Part shown: positions 13,427 to 26,912 of the stretch, one piece after another
How the letters are laid out: each line of letters begins with the position of its first letter
How positions within the stretch are numbered: the first letter of the stretch is position 1
Assembly (NCBI GenBank): GCA_951406725.2
Contig: OX597826.1
Span: forward strand, 37,200,001 to 37,264,000
Source: Octopus vulgaris
Taxonomy: Eukaryota
Length of the DNA: 64,000 nucleotides
Direction: 5' to 3'
Program-made: the position numbers and the translations under genes
Notes under the pieces: model-generated
Told to the model about the DNA's origin: nothing
Databases searched by the model: none
The model's input: the letters and a program-made list of their open reading frames with translations, nothing else

Positions 13427-13797
13427 AGGCGCAGGAGTGGCTGTGTGGTAAGTAGCTTGCTAACCAACCACACGGTTGCGGGTTCAGTCCCACTGCGTTG
13501 CATCTTGGGCAAGTGTCTTCTGCTATAGCCCCGGGCCGACCAATGCCTTGTGAGTGGATTTGGTAGACGGAAACTGAAAGAAGCCTGTCGTATATATGTA
13601 TATATGTGAATATGTGTGTGTGTTTGTGTGTCTGTGTTTGTCCCCCTAGCATTGCTTGACAACCGATGCTGGTGTGTTTACGTCCCCGTCACTTCGGCAA
13701 AAAGAGACCGATAGAATAAGTACTAAAAGGTGGTGCTCCAGCATGGCCGCAGTCAAATGACTGAAACAAGTAAAAGAGTAAAAAGAGTAAAAGAGTA
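13427..13797 (+). mobile_element. tRNA-derived SINE, family C (octopus OR-like), near full length
   Basis: A box tggctgtgtgg, B box ggttcagtccc, core ttgggcaagtgtcttctgctatagcc...gccttgtgagtggatttggtagacggaaactgaaagaagcc, internal TA/TG repeat, and 3' tail ggtggtgctccagcatggccgcagtcaaatgactgaaacaag(taaaagag)n. Confidence 0.9.
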
Positions 13798-16032
13798 ATC
13801 GTCTTTTGTCTTACTTGTTGCTGTTGTTTATTGTCTGCTGTTGTTTTTGCCCCCAGGTCAGCCCTGACCGCTCATACGTGTGCTCAAATGTTTGCTAACC
13901 GATAACCATCCCATCTTTTATAATATCTAACGCTTTTTTTATTTTAATTTTTTTATTTTTAATAATACAGTAAACGATTTAATATATCGCTGCTATTTCT
14001 AGCAGGCTGATCCGAACGCAGACGCTGGCTCATTGACTCTTCAAGCATCAACAGATTCTCTAGCACAGGAGATAATATTTCAGTAAGTTTTCGTTAGAGA
14101 TTAGTCATTAGTTACGGTACAGAGCTTCATAGTACCATGAACGATTAGAAACTTTCAGTCGCATTATATAATGACTTTATCATAGATACTTGCCTTAGCA
14201 TATATTTATCTTTTCTTACAGACAACACCATTATATTATAACCTATAACTTCCGGATGTCTGACAGCCAGCATTAAACATCAAGTGGCTATCGATAATTA
14301 TCAGAAATACTAAATTTCAGTGGTATGATGATCAAATAATACAACTACATTGAGCGAGAGAAATGATAAATAAACACTCCATTGGGCTAGACAATATGTC
14401 CGCATGAGACTGTTGATCTTTCACATCTAATGTGAACTGAACTGAGAATGAGTACAAGACAATAATACAGGACTGCATTAGCTATAAAGACTATATAAAA
14501 GTGACTTGATATAAATTAGTTTCTGGCTGTAATATTGATATTGTGAAGTACGTCTCTCAGCATTATCCACAGTTTTATCTAGGTGTTTGGACTATATATA
14601 TATAAAACATGGGAGACAACCTGATTGATTCTGATGGGTTGAGAAGCTGATTTATTTACTTGGCTTATCATTTGAGCTCCTTAATATTCATGTGACCATT
14701 GTACATTGACAACGAAAATCGTTCACGAAAGGAAATAACTATAGTGTTTAAGGAACTTCTGCCTTCGTACCCCGGTGCTCTCGTGCAACGATAACAATTT
14801 ATAAATGTTGTTGGAACATAATATACAGATATTATAAAATACCGTGTGAAGCCATACCTGATCGACTTAGCATTTTTCCAGTCTACATTGACTCAATTGC
14901 CAGAACTAACTTAGAAGAGTGAAATCAAACGTTGTCAATTAAGGCACATACTTAGTTGAAACCTACTCAAAATAGATCTAAATTAGAAGAGACTTGTAGG
15001 AAATACTTCAGGTACGGTTAGCTAGGTCATTTCTGAAACAAAGGTGGAATAACTCACGGTTCCACAATTGAAGAAATATTCGAAGTATCAAACATAAAGT
15101 TGCTATGCTAATTACTCATTCTCTTACTAAGGTATTGCTGTCTCTTCTAACAAGCAAACACCGCTCAATCCAATTCTTACATTTACGCTATTACCATGTT
15201 CTCACTCCATTTCATTTTTTCATCATATCACAGCTGTACATGATTGCATGTCCTCGTGGATTGTAGATGGTAGTGTTGAATGGTGGCCAATGTTCACACG
15301 CAGCATACAAAGCATGCCGTGTTAGTCTAATACCTTAAGGAATCGGTCATGCTATGTAGTGGATCTAACTAGTCATTGAGGTAGTAATGATGGCAAAGTA
15401 TTGACCTGCTGGACTTGGGGGTGGGGGTAATTAAGGAGGGACAACATCTGGCACCAAGGAGGAGATTATACTAAATTTTAAAATCTGACAGAACAGAAAT
15501 AGTGGTTTGTCTGTCTATGAAATTTTTTAGTTATGGCAAAACTAGCTCTGCAGAAACTAGAAGAAACATTGGTGGGAAAGTTCCGCAGAGGTGGCAGGTT
15601 CATCCACCACCATGTTCATCGATGCCAAATCGTCGATTCCCATCTCCACTTTTAAGACGGCAACCTCCTTTATTCCAGCTTCTCCAGGGAGGCCCCAAAA
15701 CAAGACATCGACACTGATTTTGTTTTCTTCGGTTGACTATGAATTAAAGATGTGAAGTCATTTGATATGACACCAACGTTCTATGACGTCATTCATGCGT
15801 TTTCCACATAAAATGTCCATAAGGAGAATTCCTCTCCCAAAAGAATATCCACAGCGAAGGTATTTCTACGCTTGAGGCTACACAAACGGATTAAATATAT
15901 ATGTATACATCTATATTTCAATCAATACTGATTAATGTGTTTCTAGTTAACTAATTAATCTCAGCTTACTCTAGGTGGCTAAAATTAAAATGCTACAGAC
16001 AGTAATTGTAGAAAGAAAAAGAAGAAGAAGAA

Positions 16033-16036
16033 GTAA

Positions 16037-16106
<70 letters not shown>
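16033..16106. repeat. (AGT)n microsatellite
   Basis: Direct reading. Confidence 0.95.
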
Positions 16107-16107
<1 letters not shown>

Positions 16108-17186
16108 AATATATTCCGCTCGCAAACACCAGAAATTATGTAGATGTAAGGAGGGAATTGATTGTAAATTATTCAGACCATTAACTATTCAGATGAAGTG
16201 AATTGAAATAGGAAAAGAGAGAGGATACAAGCGCTGCCTCTCCGGAGCTTCCCCACTTTCTTTGAAATTCTAGTTTCTAATTACATGAAGTGAAATATTT
16301 TTAAATAACAAACTTCAATTACTTAAATATTAAATATAAATATTATATATCTATCATCTACTCACCTAATGAGATATCTAATTAGACATCTATTTCGCTC
16401 ATCTAATCGAACACGCATTGATAAATAGCCTCACCACCAGCTGTTCTCTTCACATTTATCACAATCACCCCAGCTATTATTGCTACCATCACTTTTCAGC
16501 ACAACTACCACAACCACTTAATCCGTTACTCCCTTAAGACCTCAATTACACCAATAATACAAGCAATTTTTCTCATCAAATTGGTCAAGGATACTACACC
16601 GGTCACCTCACTAAAATTAACACCACCGTTGCCATTAACACACAAGAATCGTCACACTATGCCTCCCCCCGTCACTGTACTACAACCACTACTGACAACA
16701 ACAACAACAAATGAAAACCATTACTAGCATCACAATGATTTAATATTGAAATGTTTAAGAGAGTAATTATAAACGTAGCTTTGGCTTCCACTCTCCCATT
16801 GAATCCAAACAGCTCCAATAGAAGATACAAGAGGCGTACGTTGCTAAGTAACTACAAAAAAAAATACAAAAGCACAACCACCACCAAAAACAGGATTGGC
16901 AGCGTCAAAAACAATCATAATAATGGAAGCAGGAACAACATCAATAGTAACAACAACAGCAGGACAACGGCCACATCAGTCAACATAACAAGAACATGAA
17001 AGCAATTAGAGTACACTCTATATGATGCTTAATAGAGTGTCACAAATAAATATTTCATTCTATCCATGTATTAAATCTCTCATCTCGTATTAAGTATCCA
17101 TTACCAACGCTTCGTGCACAACATAGTTTCTCTTTATTTCACCGAATCAAGAAAAGGGGAACATAATCATATATGGGTATGTACCT

Positions 17187-17250
17187 GTATGTATGTATGT
17201 ATGTATGTATGTATGTATGTATGTATGTATGTATGTATGTATGTATGTAT
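17187..17250. repeat. (TATG)n microsatellite
   Basis: Direct reading. Confidence 0.95.
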
Positions 17251-17930
17251 GTTTGTATGAATGTATCTATGTATCTATCCGTGTGTGCGCGTGTTTACAT
17301 ATATATATATTCAATATTTAGATATACATATATAGCCATATGTATATCCCGTATAAATACATTGATATTTTCGTAGATACTTGTTCGTTTTCTTGTACAA
17401 TACACAACCATGCTGAACTCATCAGTCTTATGACATTTGCGTGGGTGTGTGTGTGGAGAGAAGCTTAGTACAAATAATGTTCAGAATATATTTGTTAATT
17501 TTCTGCAGGCTTTCCCTTGTGCTTTCAATATATTAATCATTCATGCAGGAATTCTGGATCTCAAAAAGATTTCTAGCACCTTCATTAAATGACGGGAATG
17601 CTTTGTGCATACCCCAGGATGTGGGTATACCACTCGATAATGTCAAGACAACTCTGACGAAAATTTAAGGAATTATACTTCATTGTCCAGTAATTACTGA
17701 TCTGAAATTAACTTAGTATCCAGTTTGTTTCAATGTTTTCAAGTTTTTGAGTAGTGACATTGTAACATTGAAAGCAACTACATATTTTGCGTCAACAACA
17801 CATACGAGATATAATACACATGTACAAACTTGTTACCATTTCAAACATGGCTGATGCCTCGCAGCATCTGCCATACTGTAGCTGAGGATGAGGTATCCAA
17901 TCCGAAAGGTATGCATCCCACAATATTGTT

Positions 17931-18159
17931 AGGTGAGCTGGCAGAAACGTTAGCACGCCGGGCGAAATGCTTAGCGGTATTTCGTCTGCCGTTACGTTCT
18001 GAGTTCAAATTCCGCCGAGGTCGACTTTGCCTTTCATCCTTGCGGGGTCGATTAAATAAGTACCAATTACGCACTGGGGTCGATAGAATCGACTTAATCT
18101 GTTTGTCTGTCATTGTTTGTTCCCTCTGTGTTCAGCCCCTTATGGGCAATAAAGAAATA
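17931..18159 (+). mobile_element. SINE family A, young copy with an alternative 3' tail
   Basis: gagctggcagaaacgttagcacgccgggcgaaatgcttagcggtatttcg...gagttcaaattccgccgaggtcgactttgcc. TSD aatattgttagg at 17922-17933 and 18160-18171. Confidence 0.92.
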
Positions 18160-18397
18160 AATATTGTTAGGGCCCGGTGTGACCAAACTCGGTGTAATTA
18201 CATCAAGTTGTCTTCAGCGAGAAATTTTCTCTTACAAAATACAGCGAATGGATTTCTTGTGGATTCCAACATTCTTCAATCGTACTCGAAGTGGTAACAA
18301 GTTTGTATTTACGCACATCACTGCTTAACGGTGTCTGTCCTCAAAATATTTGGGTGATGTGGATGAAGATGTGCATGAGTGCGAATGTATATAGAAA

Positions 18398-18597
18398 TAT
18401 ATAGTTGAAATTTATAAGGAAAACAACAGACGAAGACAAGTATATGAATAACAAACAAGTGTATTAGATTGAGGATCGGGAAAAATGAAAAGTCTTTAAC
18501 AATTCGAGCCTACGCTCTTCAACAGAAAAGAATAAGGAAAATATAAACGGAGAGAGAGTGAAAGAAACCTGTAGATTTCAGTGGTTCTCTCTGAAAC
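18398..18597 (-). mobile_element. Short Penelope-like pseudo-LTR/tail unit (same family as 9412-9606)
   Basis: Minus strand ctgttgaagagcgtaggctcgaattgttaaagac...taaatttcaactatata; flanked by TA/CA repeats. Confidence 0.65.
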
Positions 18598-18617
18598 ACA
18601 TACACGCACACACACAC

Positions 18618-18623
<6 letters not shown>

Positions 18624-18682
<59 letters not shown>
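18624..18682. repeat. (TA)n microsatellite
   Basis: Direct reading. Confidence 0.95.
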
Positions 18683-18686
<4 letters not shown>

Positions 18687-20001
18687 AATACATAAATACA
18701 CACACACACATTTACATATAAAATTTTATAAACGACCCCGGGCGCAAGAAATTTTGTAAATGTAATGAAGTTCATAGACTTACAACTCTTTCTCCTGTAA
18801 CGTCTACTGCAGTCGTATTTGAGTGATTATGTGTGTGTGTGTATGTCTGTTTGTCTGTCTGTGTATGTAAACATGAGACTTAAGTATATTCCAGCAGACG
18901 CGATCTTGCCATAACTGGGCTGCTCCTGGTATTTTAATACTAATGTTGCCTATACTTTTTGTAAAAGTGTTCTTCAACGTGCCTGTGTATGTGTACGTGT
19001 GTTTATGAGTATGTAATTCTTAACTTCCCGATTGATATTTGATAACACCAGGCTTGAATATTTGCCAGCACTACCGTATGTTTATCAAAATAAATGGACT
19101 ATTTTAAAGCCATTTTATTATTTTTTTCTACATTGCGCCATATGCATTTCAAAACAAAATCGTATGTAAACATTTACTGATTAGTGCGTCTAACTGGACA
19201 TCATCAGTTTGAAGTGTAATCTAATACACATCAAACTATGTAAAATAAAGTACTTAGAATATTTTAAACAAAAATTAATGCTGACATACTAAAAGAACAA
19301 TATTGCAGAGAACATTATGCAACTTATATCTAAACATAATAGTTTTGAAATTACAAAATCATAAAATCACATCGAAATATATACTGTAAATAGATAACTA
19401 ATGTATTTGTGTAATTTGATCACATTATCTTGGCTATTTTTCTTGGAAATAATCTCAACAAAGAATCCTTTGAGATTTAGTTATGATAATGCAAGATGCG
19501 TTAATGGTAATCCTGTTTCTTCGTCTAAAATTCAATCAATGATGCATTTCTAAGTTATATTCTTTTAAATAATGTATTCCACTTATTGTTTTATAATAAT
19601 GTCTTTCTTTCCCTATCGTTTCATTTTATTGATTTCAAAGAAAACGGGAGTTATGCTATCGAAACATGTCCTGCTCGTGGCAATGATGATAACGATAATG
19701 ACAATGGTGATGATGATAGTGAGGATGGTGGTGGTGATGGTGGTGCCGATGACGACGACGGCGATGGCTATGGCGACGACAATGATGATGATAATGCTAA
19801 TGCAGCTGACAAGAACAGTCCTTTAAACTAGAATAACTACAGTAAGAATAACAAAAGTACGATCAAGATACAACATATTGCGGAAGATAAATACATGGAT
19901 AAGGAGGAGAATCTCTATCAATATTGCATCGCACACATTCATGCACAACAACAACAACACGAGCAAAGATATTAGATGCAGTTATTTACACGGACAGGCA
20001 A

Positions 20002-20016
20002 TTATATATATACATA

Positions 20017-20083
<67 letters not shown>

Positions 20084-20084
20084 G

Positions 20085-20115
<31 letters not shown>

Positions 20116-20292
20116 GTGTGTGTGTGTGTATACACACACATATATATGTATATACATACATACACACACAAACACACACACACACACAATATATATATAT
20201 ATATATATATATACACATTATATATATATATGTGTGTGTGCGTGCGTGTGTGTTTGTGTATATGCATACCTACATGCAATCATACTTCCATG

Positions 20293-20362
<70 letters not shown>

Positions 20363-20372
20363 CAAGTATATA
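20002..20372. repeat. Compound (TA)n/(TG)n/(CA)n microsatellite block
   Basis: Direct reading. Confidence 0.95.
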
Positions 20373-20972
20373 TCGTCGTAGTCACTCACGCACCCTGAAT
20401 CGCATACTCTAGTAAGCACAACCTTTTGCGAAATGAATTTTCCATTTGTTTTCTAACTTATAAAGTAAATATATGAAGTAGTTTATTCAAATGGAATATA
20501 ATTTAACTGTCTAATTAATTAATCTATAGTATAATTAAGAGCTGGTTGTTGCGATCTAAGAAACCACATTGCATGTAAGGATATACAGTTGATCATGTTT
20601 CGAAACATCCCTGTAGCAAATTTCTAATGATGTTCCCAATATCTCTAGAAGCAATTTCTTCTGGTATTTTTTACGCTATTTCCTCCCGATTATTTAGTGT
20701 TGTTCATCCTCCAGCCTTCATTTATCATCTTCTTCTACAGCATCTTAATCCTTTTCAAAAAACATGTAGAAATGACCATTGGGAGGCAGATTAATTAAAC
20801 CCCCTCATAAAATCCTTTTGAGCAAAGACAAAATTTATTTTTAGCATTTTTTAAAAATATTATTTGTGATATTTTTTTATACAATGCAAAATGTCGGCTA
20901 GAAAACCCAACCTTTAAATATAAAGACGACAGCTGTGCAGAAAACGCAAATTCCAACAATAATGTAATAATA

Positions 20973-21188
20973 TTTCCTACTGTAGGCACAAGGCCTCAAA
21001 TGTGTGGGGCGAGGACGAAGTCGATTATATCGACCCCTGTATTTCACTAGTATTTAATTTATTGACTCCGAGAGGATGAAAGGAAAAAATTGAACAGACG
21101 ACGGAATTTGAACTCAGAACCCGAAGACAGATGAGTACCGCCAATTATTTTGGCCAGCGAACTAACGATTTTCTAGCTCAACGCCTTA
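20973..21188 (-). mobile_element. SINE family A copy
   Basis: Plus strand ggaatttgaactcagaac, ggatgaaagg and atcgacccc match the 5093 copy, including the gtaggcacaaggcct tail. Confidence 0.85.
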
Positions 21189-21245
21189 ATAACAATAATG
21201 ATGATGATGATGATGATGATCAGACTAATAATAATAATAATTACT

Positions 21246-21385
<140 letters not shown>

Positions 21386-21879
21386 ATGGAAATTAAAAAA
21401 GAATTTCGGAAAAGCATTTTTAGCAAAATAATATTGTTTCAGTCATTTTTTAATAAAATTTAATGTAATTTTGACAACTTGTTTAACAACAACGACAACA
21501 ACGCGAATAAAAACAGCATCACACAAATTGTGCACACAGCTTTGTAAATGAATGTCACGTCCAATTCGGAAATGTTAGATCAAAACAAATTTCTTCACTG
21601 GCCAAACGCTTGCACAGATTTTCTCCGACCATAAAATGGTTGTTGGCAATAGCAACATACTCCAGAGGTTTGTGATGATTCTATGGAAATATGAGTAATT
21701 GCTGGTGAGGAGATGACAAAGAACAATATATATAGTGTCAGCTGGAATTACAAGTCCTTAAGTAGCCTCAAAACTACAGACGTACTCCGAAGATCTGTAA
21801 CGTTGTGTAATTAGAAATGGGAGGAATGATACTAGCAAACTATAGTAGGAAGATTATTTATTACATTATAGCAGCAAAA

Positions 21880-22445
21880 TTTGTTTCTGATCCTCATAGG
21901 TTTCATAAAATAAAGTACCCATATTGGGGTCGATGCTATAGATTAAACCTTCACTCAAAAATAGGTGTTCCTGTGCCAAAATCTGAAACCATGAAGGGCA
22001 GCAAGCTGATATAATCATTCGCGCATCCGATGAAATGCCTAACGATATTTCGCCCGGCTCTAATGTGGTGAGCAGGCCGAATCATTACCGCGCTGAACAA
22101 AATTTCTTACGACATTACGTTTTGAGTTCAAATGCCACCGTGGTCGACATTGTCTTTCATCTTTTCGAGGCCGATAAAGTTAAGCACCTCTCCCAAACTT
22201 TCTGACTTTGTGCAAACATTTGAAACTAATATTAACTAAGAGAAAGGTGGCGAGAACCGTTGTTACGAAGGGCAAGGTGCTTAGCGACTTTCCGTCCATC
22301 TTTACGGTCTTAGTTCAATTTTTACCGAGCCCGATTCGGCTTTTTATCATTTCTGGTTCGATGATGTGAGAACCAGTGGAGTAGTAGGGTCGCCATACAC
22401 ACCCACCACTGAACTTGCAGGCCTTAAACCAAAATCCGAATCCAG
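21880..22445 (+). mobile_element. Cluster of 3-4 diverged head-to-tail SINE family A fragments
   Basis: Repeated landmarks: aagtacccatattggggtcgat (~21912), gagttcaaatgccaccgtggtcgacattgtctttcatc (~22124), aggtggcgag...gcttagcgac...tagttcaatt (~22245-22320). Confidence 0.7.
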
Positions 22446-23174
22446 TATTTACAAAGAGTAACAGCATTAAAGCATCACATAACTAAAAGTTTATAGCATT
22501 TAGTTTCGTGTGTTTTAATCCTGGGCTTATAATCTAACTAAAGTTTCATAATAAAGATACTAGTCGCATTCTGGAGTTGTTATATTACACCCGACAGTCT
22601 CACGTGATAGTTGGTCTACTCTTTATAACTATATTACATTTAAAAGTATTTTCTCCTCGTATTCTTTATAATGATAGTTATCATTGTCATAATCATAATC
22701 GCCATCATCAGAATCATTCCTCCATCGCCGTCACTATCAGTAGCACCATTATTTTCACGTCCTCACCAGTGTCATCATCATCATAATCATTGTCGCTCAA
22801 CAAGAAATCATAAATTTAGTTGTTGTTATTGTTTTTGCTGTTGCTATAATATATTCTTGTATATGCTGTGTCATCGAATTCAGTTTTACATGCCTCGGGT
22901 GTATAACGTAAGCTATAACTTCTCATACTAGTGGTTTGTTTTATGCATGAGTTTGTCTATGTGGCTGTGTTATTATCATACCGAGAACATATCATTATTG
23001 TACCCTTGGGAAATTTTCCAGTATCATGAGAATTTATCACCTTGTTCAGTAATCATGCGATATCGTATAACTATATCAGACGAGATCGTAGACAATGAGT
23101 TAAATATGAAACGTGGTTATTGTTAGTATGCTCTTATGTATTTGACGCTTTCTGTTAATCATATCCAGGCCACC

Positions 23175-23175
<1 letters not shown>

Positions 23176-23265
<90 letters not shown>
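23176..23265. repeat. (TTA)n-(CTA)n compound microsatellite
   Basis: Direct reading. Confidence 0.95.
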
Positions 23266-23270
<5 letters not shown>

Positions 23271-23566
23271 AGACGTGTTTCAAATGTTCAGTTGCGATGC
23301 TTCTGAACATTACTTTGCTTATTTCTAAATTTAAAATATAGAAAAACATACATGGTTCTAAAAAGGTCAACTTTATATTTCTTTTGGCCGGGAAATTTTT
23401 TAATAGAATCATTATTATATATTAACAATTATCATCATCATAACTAACATTTTAAATATTATTAGTATTTTTTATATTATAAGTCGTAATAACTGTTTCC
23501 ATATTCCATGAGAATGTTTTTACCAGTTTGGAGAAAATCAGTTGCGAACTTCATAAATTTTTGCAG

Positions 23567-23625
<59 letters not shown>

Positions 23626-25428
23626 GCATACACACGTATATGTGTGTGTATATATATACATATATATATAGACACAGACATACAAACACACATATACATA
23701 GATAGATACATACATACATAGACACATGGGGATGAGCAATTGTTACTAACCTGATGCTTTATATCTCCTCTCAGTTTTATATAATGCTGTTGCACAAACA
23801 CAATCTTGTAAATCGTATGTTTCTACCAGAGGGCTTTGGTGACACTCATATTAAATCCGTAGTAACAATAATTGATTCAGATTTGGGTTATAACCAGTAA
23901 CTCTGAGGAAATAAAATTATTTGTTAACATCTTTTATATCGACCCTGAATTAATATATAGCTAAGTTGTATTGAGCACTATTTGATCTCAGCATACAAAG
24001 AATGAGAGCCAATACTGCAAATCACTTTTACGACTTTCGAATCAATCTTGCAGATGGCAGTTTCGCAAAACTGTTAACACGTTGTCAGTCCAAAGTCTGC
24101 AGAGATAAACTTTGTCTTTCATTTTATCGATAACATAAAGTATTAGTGATATAGTATGGTCGTTGTATTCCCTCCCGTCACAATTTCCGGTCTGACGCCT
24201 AAGCTAGAACCTATATATTATTACTAAAATTAGTATTTTCGTATATATTTTTGTTGAGCATGTTGTTTATTCATATTGACATAAAAGGATTGAATAACTA
24301 TTATATTACGCTGTTTAAATCATCAACTTTATATCCCATATTTCGCTATCCAAATTCTGAGGATTTTTTTTTTCTCGTAATTCTTGTAATTCTTCGTACT
24401 AATCTTTAATTCTGAAGAAATATATGTCACTGAACCTTGCCCTGTTAGTCAGTATTTCATTTTCTCTTATGCTTCAATCGAAATATCAACGTGGTTCACA
24501 ACGATTTTCGCCTATTACAATAATTTCTCTAAAATGCCATTAAATATCTTAATTAAAAAAAGATGGTGAGGGTACCCATATGAATCTTTATTGTAGACCT
24601 TAAAGGCTGTGTAAATAAAGGTGATTGTATAGTGTGGTTGGGCATCCGTAGCAGTGTAAAATGTGTTCTTTACTGGTATCATTAATATTTAATAGGTAAG
24701 AAAGAATGGCAACAATCGAATATTTTGTAACATGCTAGAAAAGCATTGGTGGTAAAGGTAAGGCCAAATCTGTTAATTTAATGCCGCATAGAAAATATAA
24801 TTTAAATTCATGCTATGAATGACATAATAATATGATGTAGACGAATCTATAGTACATAAAAAATAAAAACGAAAATGGATAAAGTGGCGGTTGGGCAGAT
24901 GGAGAGGACAAAGTGGTGAGATTCATACTACCAATGCAATGATGGAACTTAAAACCTCATTTCAAAATTATTGGAGGACGGAATATATAAGATTAGAACA
25001 TCTGAAACTGTGCTTTGATTTTACGAATTTTCATGTTTTATATACTTAATTCAATTTTAGTTTGTTATATTATTCATTTATAGTTTATTATTTAATCTGC
25101 CATTTCACATAGTTCTTTTTCTTGTCCATCTGTATACCATTCTGCATAACGTTCTGTATACCATTTACCGGAAATTTCAATCAATTCAATGAATCTTTAC
25201 AAAGCAGTAAACTAGAAACTTCACAAGAACAAGGAAATATGTCATGGCAGATGAAACTCAAATACAGACGACATACAGACGTCGAAATATGAATTTCAAA
25301 CATATTTGATTCTAATTTCTCAATGCTCACACAGAGACACCCACACATATCTATGTGTCTATGTGTGTATATACACTAATAAAATTAGATGTATGTATGT
25401 GTATATTCAAATATATGTTTGTTAGGTG

Positions 25429-25462
<34 letters not shown>

Positions 25463-25845
25463 AGTTTTCAATTCTTTTCTATTTTCTTACAAGTCGATAC
25501 TTATTTATCTTTTCATGGAAGACTCCCAAATATCTTTGATTCTTTGGATTATTTTCAAGATATTTCGTACTTTTTTTTTTGTTTTTCAATTATATGTTTT
25601 ACTGTTTCTCTTTCTACATCATATTCACTTTTTTTTTTAGCTATTTACGTGCGGAAGTAAAAGATTATCAAGCAAGTCAGTTAGAAACTACACATTTATA
25701 ACTTTTTTTTTTACTCTAGTATTGTTTACTCGTTGCGTTTTGAAATTTTAGTTTCTTCTCTCCTCATTGCCTTCTTCATTTCTTCGAAAACGCAAATGCT
25801 ACAACTACAACTGCTACTAATGCTGCGGCTATATCTACTACTACA

Positions 25846-25873
25846 AGTAGTAGTAGTAGTAATAGTAGTAGTA

Positions 25874-25950
<77 letters not shown>

Positions 25951-25987
25951 GGCGGTGGTGGTGGTGGTGGTGGTGGTGGTGATGGTG

Positions 25988-26020
<33 letters not shown>
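25846..26020. repeat. (AGT)n-(GGT)n-(AGT)n compound microsatellite
   Basis: Direct reading. Confidence 0.95.
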
Positions 26021-26021
<1 letters not shown>

Positions 26022-26870
26022 ATTTCAGGCTTTTTTCCACGTATAATTCATTTTGTTTGTGCTTAATTCCTGTCTTTGTGAAAAGGTAAAATAAATCAAA
26101 AATACACATTATATCTAGTTAATCTAGTTTCGAAAGCATGTCACTAGTTTCTGTAAACGACTCAATAAAATTACAGAATCCTCTGCCACCACCCACATTG
26201 CTTTTAACACTCGCCAATTCTTTAAAGAACGAGATAAAGAAAACTAAGAAGAAAGTAGTTTTTGTTTCAAAAAAGACAAACAAGATATCTCAAACAAAAA
26301 CAATGAACAAAAATAAATTTTTGAATTCATCAAAAGTTCTCTGTATTTCATTTCACAGAAAGAGAATCCTTGCAATTCTTGGATAATTTCCTTTCTGTAA
26401 CTCGTCAGGTAGAAGATTCTTCTAAAGCGATATTTCTTTGTTTGTAATATTGTTCCAGATATTCAATTTATTCAGGTCACAACACTCTTTTATAGCAAGC
26501 CGTATGTAACACATTGAAATTATATAGTATTTCATCGTTATTAATATTCTTTATATTTTTAATCATGCAGTCAAAATGATTAGGGAGAGGACAGAAATTT
26601 GTACAATATTTTGTTTGTAACATATGTGATAAAAATTAAATCTACGCCTCCTGTAGCATTGATGGTAAGCACTAATTAACTACTAAGGAGTCTTAATTGA
26701 ATATATCAACTCCTAAAGGATTATATCCTCATAGTTATGTGTATCGCATGTAGATGGATTAATTTAGGTTATATCAATGTGTGTGAAGGGGGAATTGAAA
26801 GTACGAGTTGTACAAAGGACTAAGACTATTTATTCTGAAGTGCAAATATTATATGATAAACAGTTCAATA

Positions 26871-26912
<42 letters not shown>

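Noticed and set aside
15226-15248. tatcacag miR-2-family-like seed
   Set aside because: No complementary arm to form a pre-miRNA hairpin.
15555-15735. Minus-strand protein-like stretch VDVLFWGLPGEAGIKEVAVLKVEMG
   Set aside because: Short, with no start or splice context and no family I can recognise.
17830-18297. 155-aa ORF
   Set aside because: Largely a read-through of a SINE copy bounded by TSDs.
19572-19831. Asp/Gly-rich or Met-rich ORF
   Set aside because: Degenerate (GAT/GAC/GGT)n simple repeat; no splice or domain support.
19924-20398. Numerous YI/CV/HT-repeat ORFs here and throughout the window
   Set aside because: Translations of (TA)n, (TG)n and (CA)n microsatellites.
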